From NCBI GenBank assembly GCA_010015805.1, contig ML978147.1:122283-142282 (forward strand): a stretch of DNA of 20,000 nucleotides. The letters are read 5' to 3'. Position numbers and translations under genes: made by a program. Of this stretch, positions 1 to 10,536 are shown piece after piece; position 1 is the first letter of the stretch, and each line of letters opens with the position of its first letter. Source of the stretch: Rhizodiscina lignyota (lineage: Eukaryota). The notes under the pieces are model-generated. The model was given only the letters and a program-made list of their open reading frames with translations. It was not told the DNA's origin and made no database searches.

Positions 1-2023
1 TGTAGATGAAATGTACGTGTGGTGCGTAAGAAGGTCACTGTCTGCTCTCGACTGTTGTGTAGAGATGATATAGCTGTTCCAGAGGGAGCGTAAGTGACAT
101 CTGCACGGCTTCTGGATGTGGCGAAATCGAGCGCAGCGATAACCGAAAGGGACAAAGCTTAGGGTAGAGCCGCGAACTACGGTCGGCATGAACTGAGCTA
201 TCTGCCTGCGTCCCTTCAGATTTCTAGAGCGACACTTTGTTCTCCGGTGTCTCACACGGCGGTTTGAACTCCTGAATTTCCCCGGCCGTAGACTTGTGGC
301 ATGTTTCAAGGCTGGTGGTTACAACAGCATCGAATATGAAATCCTGGCATCAGGACCTCGTCAGCCCGTCAGCCCTGTCCCAATTGCGGAATGTGACAGG
401 CTGTTGCTTCTCAGCTGCGCGTCATGGCAATATTGCGACTGCTGCCCCTCTGGCCAGGGCGATGGGTTCGGATGACACGGTGGCACAAATACTCTTGTGC
501 GGCCATCGCATACTGAGACAGGAGAGGAGAGTGCCTGTTCCTGAAGATATTGCACGTACCTGTAATGCTGTGTGTGCCCGAGTACCTGTCGGCTTCGAGC
601 GGTATCTCAAGTTACTCAACCCAAGAGCCGCTGCGTTGGATATGTACGTTGCTGTAGGCAAGGGATGTGCCTAAATGATGGTCTAAAGTTAAACGCACAT
701 CCATTTGGCGAGCGCACGAGAGGAATCATGTGCGACTGCAAATCCAGGGACCCTGCATCGCGAGCGCAGCCCAAAGAGGTGAAGCACTGCTGCTTTTGCA
801 GGAGGCCGATTACGTGTGATTCGTCCAGCGGCTGAGTAAACCTGACAGGATCCTTGGCCCGCAGCAAAAAGTTATTGGAAGTGAGAGTGCGATCCACAGC
901 TGCGAATTGCGCGTAGTTGCCCACTGGGACGGCTGTGAAGAGGCACGTAATCGCCGTACTCTGCCAAAGGTAGAGGGCGCGCAGAGCGGAGTAGAGAGTG
1001 CCAGCTCCAGCTCAGACGACGCCTAGCGAGAAGAGCGGGGATGCCGAGCGTGCCTCTGCTTGCGCTGGTTCCGAGGCGGCCACGATGCAAAGGCAAGCGC
1101 ACAGAAGAATCAAGGCCAGCGACGTGCGCTTCAAGACCAATCGCCGCGCGCGAAGGAATGGCCTCGCTCCGACGCCTGCGACAGGCTGGAGCGAGCGAAA
1201 CACCGCTGCAATACCGCTCCCTTGCCGTCGTTTGGCTGGAGGCCCAGCAGGAGCGAGGAAGTGCGTCGGCCACGCAGCAAACAAGCTCGCACGTGCGGGA
1301 GGAGAGGCTGAAAGCGAGGGCATGTTGCATGATTCGATCGGGACCGCCACTGTGGGGAGCCTGAGCTGATTGATGTGCAGCGAATTCCGTGCTCTGGCTG
1401 CAGCAGATTCGCTGGCTGGACTCCGGCAGCGCGTCGCCTGTGCGCCGGAAGAGCAGTCTTCCTCTGCCTCTGCATGCCTTTGCGGGGGGTTGGGCGGCGT
1501 GTGGTGTTGAGCTGCGTCTGGACTGCGCCGCGGCCCCTGCGGCCAAGATATGGATATGGGCCGATGCTGGAAGCTGCATCCATGCACTCCGTCAACCCAA
1601 ATCGCGAAGTCCCATCAAGCCCCATGAAGCCCATGGAGTGCCGGGCCTGCTCGCGGCCAGCGGCCAGCCTCGTCAGTGGCACCAGAGTCGGCGGGACAAG
1701 GCCTCCACAGCCGTCCTCGCCTCCTCCATCCCTACCCACACCGGGCATGGGCACGGGCGTGCAAAATGTCTGTCACTCTTGTCGTCGGTAGACCTTGTCC
1801 TACTGCCATATTCCGATTCCACCTGAGAAATACCGCTCGTTTCTGTTTCTCTCGTGCCTCGTCTTCGGAACTGGCAAATTAATCGTAATGAATCCCGACT
1901 GCTCGCTGAATTGAAGAACATCACGCTATCGCCACTCGTTGCGTTGCATTCGCTCGTCGTCTCATGGAAGTCAACTCACCGTCGTTTCAACGGAGGTGAA
2001 CGTCCTGTGAAACGGACATCAGG

Positions 2024-5000
2024 ATGCTCCTCCCGAACACCTTACTTGCCGCTTCGATATGGACGCTCGCATGCTGCACCCAGTTTGAGCGTCCACATCC
2101 AAGGCACCGTGTAGCAAGAGGCCATTCATTCGGTATGCGCATCAGATCCTGTTCCTGAGATGCGGTCTGCCATGATGCATGAATTTACTGACAAGCTGCA
2201 GCTTTTTACAACACCTCGGCTCCGATCACATCAACAACATCAACATCGAGTCAGGAGTCAAGTTCAAGTCCAAGCAGTATCTCGATTCTAGAGGATTCAA
2301 AACCGTCGTTGCCATGGTCGAGTTCAACAGCAGTGGAACCTGACGCCCAGCCACCGGCAATCCATGCAAATGGGCCGAAAACGAGTTCTTCATCCTCACC
2401 ATCAGAAGCACCTTCGTTAAGTCCACCTAGCCCACCCTCGTTTCCTGTGTATCACCCCTCAAACTCGACTTCGATATCATCAACCTCCTCTTCTACCCAC
2501 CCCAGCCATGTCCATCCAGCTGGGACCGCACCGAGTCAGGTTTCTCCAAGTCCACTAGCAGGAACAGCTCCATTCTCTCCCCATGTTCCTCCTCACTCTC
2601 CACCAGCGCCAAGTTCTTCTCCACCCCCCGTTCATCCGCGTCCAGTAGGCACTGCTCCATCAGCGCCTGACGTTCCATCGTTTTCCATTCCAGGAACTGT
2701 ACCAAGGCCACCTCCTTCACATGGAACCGCACCAAAGCCTCCTCCATCTTCGTCCTCGTCCTCGTCCTCAGCAATTTACGCAATTCCACCTCCTGTAGGC
2801 ACCGGTCCATCCGTTCCAATCGGTACTGGTCCTTCCATACCCATATGGACAGGTCCTTGGTCTCCAATTGGCACACGCTCTTCAACTCCAAGTGGTGCTG
2901 GTTCTTCAACTCCCATTAGTGCTGGCCATTCACCTCCGATAGGTACTGGCCCTTCAATTCCATTTGGCACTGGGCCTTCGATTCCGTTATGGACCGGACC
3001 TTCACCACCGACAGGTACAGGCCCTTCGATTCCGTTATGGACTGGACCTTTACCACCATTTGGTACCGGACCAAAGACGAACTGTAGTACTGCTCCGTAC
3101 CCGACTGCCCCCCTATACACAGCGCCTCGAGGCACTGGACCGATCGGAACTGGAATCTTTTCACCACCACCAACAAGGGTCATTCTTCCGCACAACACCT
3201 CAAAGACATTAGAATGCGGTGGCTGCACTATCTCACCAGTTGGTGCAACCATTGCATGGTGGTACCCGGACGAGTTCTTCTACGGCATCAGCACTCTTGT
3301 GAGCACCTTCTCAGGTAATATGAGTGGCTACACTGCAGTTCCTGCTTCGGATACGTTTGATCTCGATGACAACCTGGTTCAAGTCACATACATCGAGACA
3401 CCAGCATTCAACACGCAGTTCAACTACAGCTACATGGACTTTGTCCCCATCACATTGCCTCCACCTGTTGCGGCCGCAACGAGTGTCATCAGTGTCACTG
3501 CTGTGAAGCCGCTTTCAACTGGACTGGTCAGCCCGGATGATGTAACCAATGCATGGCTTGATCCCATCCCAGAGGCCAGTGTGGTGGTCCCCGGAAGGCT
3601 TGCAAGCAGGACTGCCTTCTCAGCGTAAGCCTCTTTCATCCATTTAGCCTTGACCCTTCTGGATCAACTCAATAGCTAACTCATCAACAGCGCTTCAGGA
3701 ACTCCATACCTCCACATACCAGCCTACGCAATTGAGCGTTCCCACAAGTCTGTTAATGGATCCTGCATCATCCAAGGCAGCACCATCTACAACCTCTCCT
3801 CGCCTTATTATGCCCCATACGCTAGCTCTGCAACATTCGGCACAGAGACCACCATCAACGACGACTCTCTCCCCGCCGACTTCCTCGCAGCAGTCGCGCC
3901 ACAACACGCCCAATGCAAAGCCGTCCTCGTAGCAGAAGTCGAAATGCTCGTCATCGTAACAATCATCTACGACACCACCTTCGCGCCGTTCGTCGCGCAC
4001 ATCGAGAGCAGCGTGACAGACTCGCTTGACGGCCCGATCCCTACGCACGTTAATATAGGCGGACCGGGCGGGATCGTCGTGGTGTGCCATGGCTTGATCT
4101 GTACGCCGATGATTAATATCGCGAGGATTGGGAGTTCGGTGACAGGGCCGCTGGATGGACCGGTGCCGGTTACGAGGGTCATTCAGCCACTCACGACGAG
4201 CACTGCGCCGAATGGGAATACGGTCACGTTGTTTACTGACGGAGGCAGTGGATCTTCTGGTGGATCTGGATCTGGATCTTCGGGGTCGAATGGGGAATCT
4301 GGAAGCGGCTCTAATGGGGGTTCAGGAGGCAGCTCGAACTCTGGAGGATCTGGCAGTGGCTCGAACGGCAGTGGATCCAGCGGATCTGGCTCGAGCGGTT
4401 CACATTCTGGCGGATCTGGATCATCTAGCTCTGGCGACTCTGGGTCTAATGGATCTGGGTCAAGCGGATCTGGGTCGAGCGGATCTGGGTCAAGTGGACC
4501 TGGGTCAAGTGGATCTGGGTCAAGTGGATCTGGGTCAAGCGGGTCTGGGTCGAATGGATCAGGTTCGAGTGGGTCTGATTCCAGCGGTTCAGGTTCGAGC
4601 GGCTCTGGCTCGAACGGTTCTGGCTCTAATGGATCTGGATCAAGCGGCTCCGGCTCAAGCAGCTCACACTCGAGTGGGAGTGGCTCGAGTAATTCGAACG
4701 GCGGTGGCTCAAGTGGTGGGTCATCTGGCTCGAATGACGGCGGCGGCTCGAATTCCGGCAGCAGTTCAAGCGGTGGCCATTCCAGCTCCGGATCCTCAAG
4801 TGGAGGATCGAATGCTGGTTCATCGTCCGGCTCGAGCAGTAATTCGAACAGCGGATCGTCCGGCTCGAACGGTGGATCTTCTTCTAGCTCGCAAGGTGGA
4901 TCTTCTGGCTCAAATAGTGGATCTTCGTCTGGATCCAACGGAGGATCTTCCTCTGGCTCACACGGAGGCTCGTCGAGTGGATCTGGTGGAAGTTCGTCTG

Positions 5001-7528
5001 GGTCGCCACCTGCAGAGGCCGATCATTCGGGATCAGGCTCGTCTGGCAGTGATTCGAGCTCGAGCTCATCTGGCAGCAGCTCTGGCGGCAATTCAGGAGG
5101 CAGTTCGAATGGCAATTCGGGTAGCAGCTCCGGCGACGACAACAACTCTGGTGGAGGCGGCGTTCTCATCCCTCTCGTCGCTCACGTCGAGTCAACCGTA
5201 CCAGTCACGTTCTTTGCGCCAGCTTCCGACTCCCTCACGAAAGCTACAATCACGATCCAGGGCGAAACGCTCGTTGCAACCGCTGTTGCAACCGGTGCAG
5301 ACGGCTCTGGAATTGGTGGTGCCATTGTCGGTGCCCTGCAGGGCGGTGGTAGTGCCGGAGCTGCGGCTACTGCTGCGGGCACGGGCAAGGGCAAGGGCAA
5401 CAGTGGGAACTCGAGCAGCGGAGAAGGAAACTCTGGCAATGCAGCCGCTGGTGGTCTCGTTGGCGCGATTGAGAACATCGGAGGGCTGTCTAGTGTGGGC
5501 AACGGTGTTTCTGGCGCATCTGAAGGTTCGTCGAGTTCAGGCTCGTCAAGCTCCGGGTCAAGCTCAAGTGGTGTTGTTATTGGCGGCAAAACCGTTCAAC
5601 CAGGACAGACTGTAACCGTCAATGGAGAGTCAGTCTCCGTTGGTAAGGGTGGTTCCTCAATCGTCGTTGGAGGAACGAGAACAGTCGGGCTTCAGAGTTC
5701 TCCCACAACCTTGACTATTGGTGGTGGCTCTGTCGCGGTCGCTCCTGCTTCGAAATCCAGCTCTGGGAATGCTGTGGTCATCGGCGGAAAAACCTTACAA
5801 CCAGGACAAGCCACGACTGTTAACGGAGTCACTGTGTCTGTTGGCAGTGGCGGATCCTCAATAGTCATTGGAGGAACCAAAACAGTTGGACTGCAGAGCT
5901 CTCCCACCACTCTAAATATTGGTGGTGGCTCTGTCGCCGTCACTCCTGCTTCGAAGTCTGGCTCTGGAAATAGTGTGGTCATCGGCGGGAAGACCTTACA
6001 GCCAGGACAAAGCACGGCCATTAACGGAGTCACCGTGTCTGTTGGCAGCGGAGGTTCTTCATTAGTTATTGGAGGAACCAAGACAGTTGGTGTCTCGAGC
6101 TCTCCGACGACTCTAAATATTGGAGGCAGCTCGGTCGGCGTCATGCCTGCGCCTAATTCCGGCTCCGGCAAGGCTGTGATTATCGGTGGAAAGACCGTAC
6201 AAGCAGGGCAAACCACAACCGTCAATGGAGAGCAAGTTTCTGTCAGTAGTGACGGTTCTTCAATTACGATTGGCGGAACTAAGACCGTTGGCCTGTCGAG
6301 CTCTCCAACAAGCTTGAGTATTGGAGGCATCTCCGTCCCAGTCAGCATTGCTCAAACTTCTGGCTCCGGCGACGGTTCGATCATTGGAGACACTGGATTC
6401 GCTGAGAAAGGTGAAGTTTCTGGCAGCATTGGAGCTGGTGGCTCTGACAATTTCGGAAATGGTGGAACGCCTGGTGCCCACGAGAATGCGGAGGTTGGAT
6501 CTGACTCCAGTTCTAACTCTCCTCCGGTCATTACCATTGGAACGCAGACCTTTGTGCCCAATGCGGCGACTCAGTTCTTCCTGGCTCCAGGCCAAACACT
6601 CACACCTGGCGGCGTCGCGACGATTCATGGCACGACCGTCTCACTTGGCCCGTCTGCCAGCTTCATTGTCGTCAACGGCCACACGCAGACTCTCAGTCCT
6701 GCGGCTATCACTCCTCCACCAGTTCTTTTGGTCGCAGGAACGAGCTTTACAGCGAACGCGGGTACTACTTTCACCATCGATGGACAGACTTTGACGCCTG
6801 GAGGCGAGATCACTGTTGACGGCACAACTGTCAGCCTTGGAACTGCTGCAAACATTCTGGTCGTCAATGGCGTGACACTGACTCGTCCGCCCGTCACTTT
6901 GGCTGCCTTCCCAACTCTCACCGTAGGCCGGGAGACTATCACTCCTGTGCCAGAGCCTGGTCATCCTGGTCTCAGCGAATACATCGTTGGAGGCAAAACT
7001 CTCATTCCAGGCGGCTCTGCGCTCACAATTGACGGTACTACTGTGTCTCTCTTATCGGGTGGCACCGGTGTGGTCATTAATGGCCACACATCCACGTTTT
7101 CTAGCGAAATTGGACCGATCACTTCTGCACCAGTTCTTACAATTGACGGCACCAAATTCAGCGCGCTACCTGGTGGCACAGAGTACATCATTGACGGCCA
7201 GACACTCACGCCAGGAGGCATCATTACGGTTCACGGCGAGACGATCAGCCTTTCTCCACGCGCGACAGTCCTTGTGGTCGACGGCAGGACAACCACACTC
7301 TTCCCTGCTACTGGCATGGGCACTGCAACGAGGACAATGACGCAAATTGTTCCCGCAGGCGCCATGAGCACCGGAGCCACAGCTCAAGCAACTGGGGGAT
7401 CAAGCAGCGGCGGCAATACTCCTGGCCTGCAAGGTGCAGCTCCAAGAGTAGGAAGCAGCGAAGGAAAAGCTGTAATAGTGATGATATTAGCGATGTTTGT
7501 TGGGGCAATTGGCTTGTGGTGGATATAA
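2024..7528 (+). CDS. Large secreted, probably GPI-anchored, mucin/adhesin-like cell-surface protein (~1,789 aa); exons 2024-2132, 2202-3624, 3691-7528
   Basis: ATG at 2024 gives a signal-peptide-like N-terminus (MLLPNTLLAASIWTLACCT). Intron 2133-2201 (GTATGC...CTGAC...CAG, 69 nt) and intron 3625-3690 (GTAAGC...GCTAAC...CAG, 66 nt) each remove an in-frame stop and join ORFs 2309-3628 and 3944-7528 in one frame; the exons total 5,370 nt. The protein has S/T/P-rich, G/S-rich and beta-rich repeat regions and ends ...LQGAAPRVGSSEGKAVIVMILAMFVGAIGLWWI* (small residues, spacer, hydrophobic tail), a GPI-signal-like end. Confidence 0.85.
2792..3075 (+). repeat. Coding tandem repeat, ~8-aa unit (P-x-G-T-G-P-S-x; 24 nt) with a 48-nt higher-order duplication
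   Basis: Translation PVGTGPSVPIGTGPSIPIWTGPWSPIGT...PIGTGPSIPFGTGPSIPLWTGPSPPTGTGPSIPLWTGPLPPFGTGP. The DNA CCTTCGATTCCGTTATGGAC recurs 48 nt apart (~2975 and ~3023). Looser GTAP units lie upstream from ~2520. Confidence 0.85.
4241..5160 (+). repeat. Gly/Ser/Asn low-complexity region (~300 aa) with a 15-nt GSGSS tandem core
   Basis: GGATCTGGGTCAAGY-type 15-mers in tandem at ~4450-4650; translation (GSGSS/GSGSN)n, then GGSSSG-type units. Confidence 0.9.
5573..6370 (+). repeat. Four tandem 201-nt (67-aa) coding repeats
   Basis: The GGKT codons of VVIGGKT(V/L)Q(P/A)GQxTx(V/I)NGxxVSV...GGT(K/R)TVG(L/V)xSSPT(T/S)LxIGG begin at 5582, 5783, 5984 and 6185, exactly 201 nt apart. Confidence 0.9.
6520..7310 (+). 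repeat. About four degenerate G(Q/K)TL(T/I)PGG...T(I/V)xGxT(V/I)SL repeats
   Basis: GQTLTPGGVATIHGTTVSL, GQTLTPGGEITVDGTTVSL, GKTLIPGGSALTIDGTTVSL and GQTLTPGGIITVHGETISL, spaced roughly 190-210 nt apart. Confidence 0.8.
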
Positions 7529-8492
7529 TGGATTTCTTTGTGACATGACATAACGACACGACCTTCACGAACATAATTCCGACATCTGGTAAAAGGAAGA
7601 ATATGATGGAATGGATGATGGAATGGACGATGATCCCCTACACCGGGATATGGGGAATGGTTAAATTTGTAATGCATAGCGTGGGACTTTGGGAGTTTTT
7701 TCGAGCCCGGAGGAACTTCTTCTTCGGTAGGTTATATACCAGCACAAGGACTCTGGTAAGAGTCGAATCGGTCATTTGTTGCCGCCTGTAATGATTCAAG
7801 GCGTGCATGTGAGATGTGATTGGGACGGAATATACTGTCTCTACTGCAGAACAAGAGATGTAAATATCTGCAGATTAAAAAGAAATATATGATTCATCGA
7901 CAATATCTTACTCTCTGTTTGCCTATCATTTATCTTAGTCTCAGTTGATACAGAACAGCGGCGCCTCGGCCATGTCAACACGAGGCCGGAGATGGTTGCA
8001 CGTTGTGGCTGCCAGTTGACGCGCAGAGCATATTTACGATGGAAAACTAATTCATTTAGATCTGTGGATTACATAACTAGTCAGAAGAGACTCGCCTGCT
8101 AAGAGAGGAACCGTTCTCCCGTTGAGTTCACGCTATCACGGAAGCATCTCTTTAAGAGTGGACAATGGCGCTTCCGCCAGTTGAGTGGAATCGCTCCAAC
8201 ATCACGTCAATTATACATTGGCCTTCTTCTACCGCGTAGACGCGTTAGTTCACGCGTCGCTGAGAGAATACTGATTGCTGTTCTTCCCAGGCCACAAAAT
8301 GACTTCCGAAGGCTCTTGCGGTACACTGAGAATCTGTTCTCGCGTCACCTCCACGCTGGTGGGGAGTATCACTTAACACAACAGGTAGGCTCTCTTCCCT
8401 TAAGTCTATGCCGTAGTCATAGCATCCTTTAAGCAGGAGTGGAATCTTCTTATGCCGCACAAACCATTACACAGATTTCCATGTCAACCCAG

Positions 8493-9925
8493 TCAAATTG
8501 TGGGTTTGTGACGCCCAAGTATGTCTTCAATTACGTTACACGAATACGCCCAGACCAACGCAGTTCCTGCGAGACCCTCAAAGAGACTGTATGGATGATC
8601 TGGCATCCGAAACTCTTCGTTTTCCTTGGACGGCTGCGTTTCTCGCATCCACAAGAGGAACGGCAACGCGTATTGGAGATGGGAAGTCTCGCCCTCAGCT
8701 GAAGCTAGAATAACCCATGAAAGTGCGTTTCCTGCAATACCGTGACATACACCTCCACCCTTCGATAGCAGTCCTTCCTCCCAGACGCGCTTCGTGGCAA
8801 GATCGACAACATCGTGGATATCACCCAGGGAAGTCCGCACAGAGGGTTGCCGCATCGCGCAAGCAAGCAAGAGTAGAATTCCGGGTGCCCCATGACAGAT
8901 CTGAACGAGCGGTGAGGTCCGCGTTTTGGGGCTCGGCCATGGAGGCGAAGACATCGGCAGGTGGCCATCGGAGGAGACGGTTAACTCGGACAGCTGTTTG
9001 ATCGAATCCGTTATTTGCGGTAAATAAGACTCGATCTCTTCGGATTTGCAGCAGAGGAGGACGGAGAGGATACCGGTGCTCCCATGCATCCTATAACATG
9101 GTTAGCGAGGTGCGAGCACTGGAGGTCTTCAGTAATGACTGCCTACCCTCCAAACCCGTAGAAATCATTCAGCCATGTCCACATCAGAGCCTGCCTTCCA
9201 CTTTCGCCATTTGCTGATGCGTACTTCTCAGAGCTTCTTAAGCCCGCTTCTATGATGACGTTCACGAGTTTCGGGATCGCAGCGAAGACATCTCGTCGCA
9301 TTGACGAGAAATCACCATCATCCCACCAATCCCTCAAAAGAAGGAGCGACCAGAGCAGTCCAGCACGACCAGTCAAGACCTCATCGGTGCCCTTGGTGTG
9401 CTTTGTCCCTAAAGGAACGGTATCGGGCTGCTGCAGCGCGAATTCGGCCGCCTCTTGGAGAAGCGCAAGGTCATGGTGGACATCTTCCGAGTCTGCCTCT
9501 TTTGCCAATCCGAGTCTCAAGAACGCTGAGGCTAGTTTCTCGCTTGTGAGCGGAGAGCATTTCCCGGGCAGGAATGGCCATTTCTTTTCGCTCCGATCAG
9601 GGATCCTTCTTCGTGCAGCGGTGAGGTAGTGTTGAGCTCCCGACGTTGCATGCCGGCTTAAGTACAGGTACAACACGGCGATTCCTAAGGGACGATTTTG
9701 AGCAAGCTGATAAATTGCACTGATGAGGACTGGATATTTACCGAGCTGCCCATCGAAGATATCTCCACATTCTTGTTCGCTGTTAACGATTGGCTGTTCT
9801 TCAATTCTTTGTGCTGCGCCTTCAACGGCGTCTCTCAATTCGCTCAATGTAGAGCGAAGTGCTTCATCGGTAGTTCCGGCTGTGCGCAAGGTATTAGGAT
9901 AGAACTGAGGGAGCGGTGAGGTCAT
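8493..9925 (-). CDS. LanC-like protein (lanthionine synthetase C-like, eukaryotic LanCL/GCR2 family), ~439 aa; exons 9925-9742, 9684-9147, 9090-8493
   Basis: Motifs DEVLTGRAG, YGFGGMHG (created by splicing; equivalent to GxAHG), QICHGAPG, GVCHGIAGN (Cys/Cys/His zinc ligands) and PDHPYSLFEGLAG. Introns 9741-9685 (GTAAAT...TAG, 57 nt, in frame) and 9146-9091 (GTAGGC...GCTAAC...TAG, 56 nt); exons total 1,320 nt. The exact C-terminus is less certain. Confidence 0.88.
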
Positions 9926-10028
9926 GTTGAGATTTATTTAGTTGGGCTTCAATCGACATTGGAAGTGTTGTGAGACAGCCACCACAAAAGGCAAATTGCC
10001 GGCACTAGTTATAATGTCGGCGATGATA

Positions 10029-10476
10029 CGATAAATAACAGCAGGCGAAAGATGGGTGAATGCCAGAGATCAGACTGAGGATGCTTTCTCTGCGTTTAGA
10101 TACTCCCAATTGAAATAATTTAAGTGGGAGAGCGAGGCATTTATCTATGGTGGTTGTCGACAACGAAATCCTACGCAGTTGTTTGAGGGCCAGTACCGAC
10201 TGGAAGGAGTTTCAGCAGCCAAGTTCGACACTATAACCACTGCCAAATCGCCGACGGGGATGGGGACGGCTTCCGATATCTATCAAGGAGTTCTATCATA
10301 GATATATATGAAACAAGCCTAATCTGCTATGGAATTCTAGGACGGTTGTCATTCGATTTCACCTCGACTTTTCGCTGCCAGGTCAGACCAAACATTCCAG
10401 TCGGAACTACCACAAACCCGGTACGATAACATCAAGTGGACTCAGTTGGGCATAAAAACTAGACATCTATCGATAA
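10029..10476. promoter_or_regulatory. Cluster of HGATAR (GATA-factor, AreA/NIT2-type) sites in the divergent LanCL/amidohydrolase promoter
   Basis: CGATAA 10029, TTATCT 10141, CTATCA 10280, CTATCA 10293, CGATAA 10424, CTATCG 10467, CGATAA 10471: seven sites in a 611-bp intergenic region. Function is inferred. Confidence 0.45.
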
Positions 10477-10536
10477 ACTCAACTCCGACGTGAAGGCATT
10501 CTTTGAAGTACGCCTCAATTACAATTGAACTGAAGT

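Noticed and set aside
872..1826. Multiple overlapping 100-235-aa ORFs on both strands
   Set aside because: Arg/Ala/Pro-rich translations typical of GC-rich non-coding DNA, several with non-ATG starts, and no recognisable motifs.
4155..5615. 486-aa alternative-frame ORF with DLGQV repeats and 251-aa antisense ORF with DPDPL repeats (4183-4938)
   Set aside because: Shadows of the GGATCT/TCxAGC-rich Gly/Ser coding repeat, which lacks stops in other frames; no independent gene signals.
5573..6370. Regularly spaced repeats as a CRISPR array or mobile element
   Set aside because: The repeats are in-frame 201-nt coding units diverging mainly at synonymous sites, with no repeat-spacer structure, cas genes or terminal repeats; the DNA is eukaryotic.
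7603..7630. ATGATGGAATGG tandem duplication and the 62-aa ORF starting there
   Set aside because: A two-copy micro-repeat in the probable 3' UTR; no evidence of coding function.
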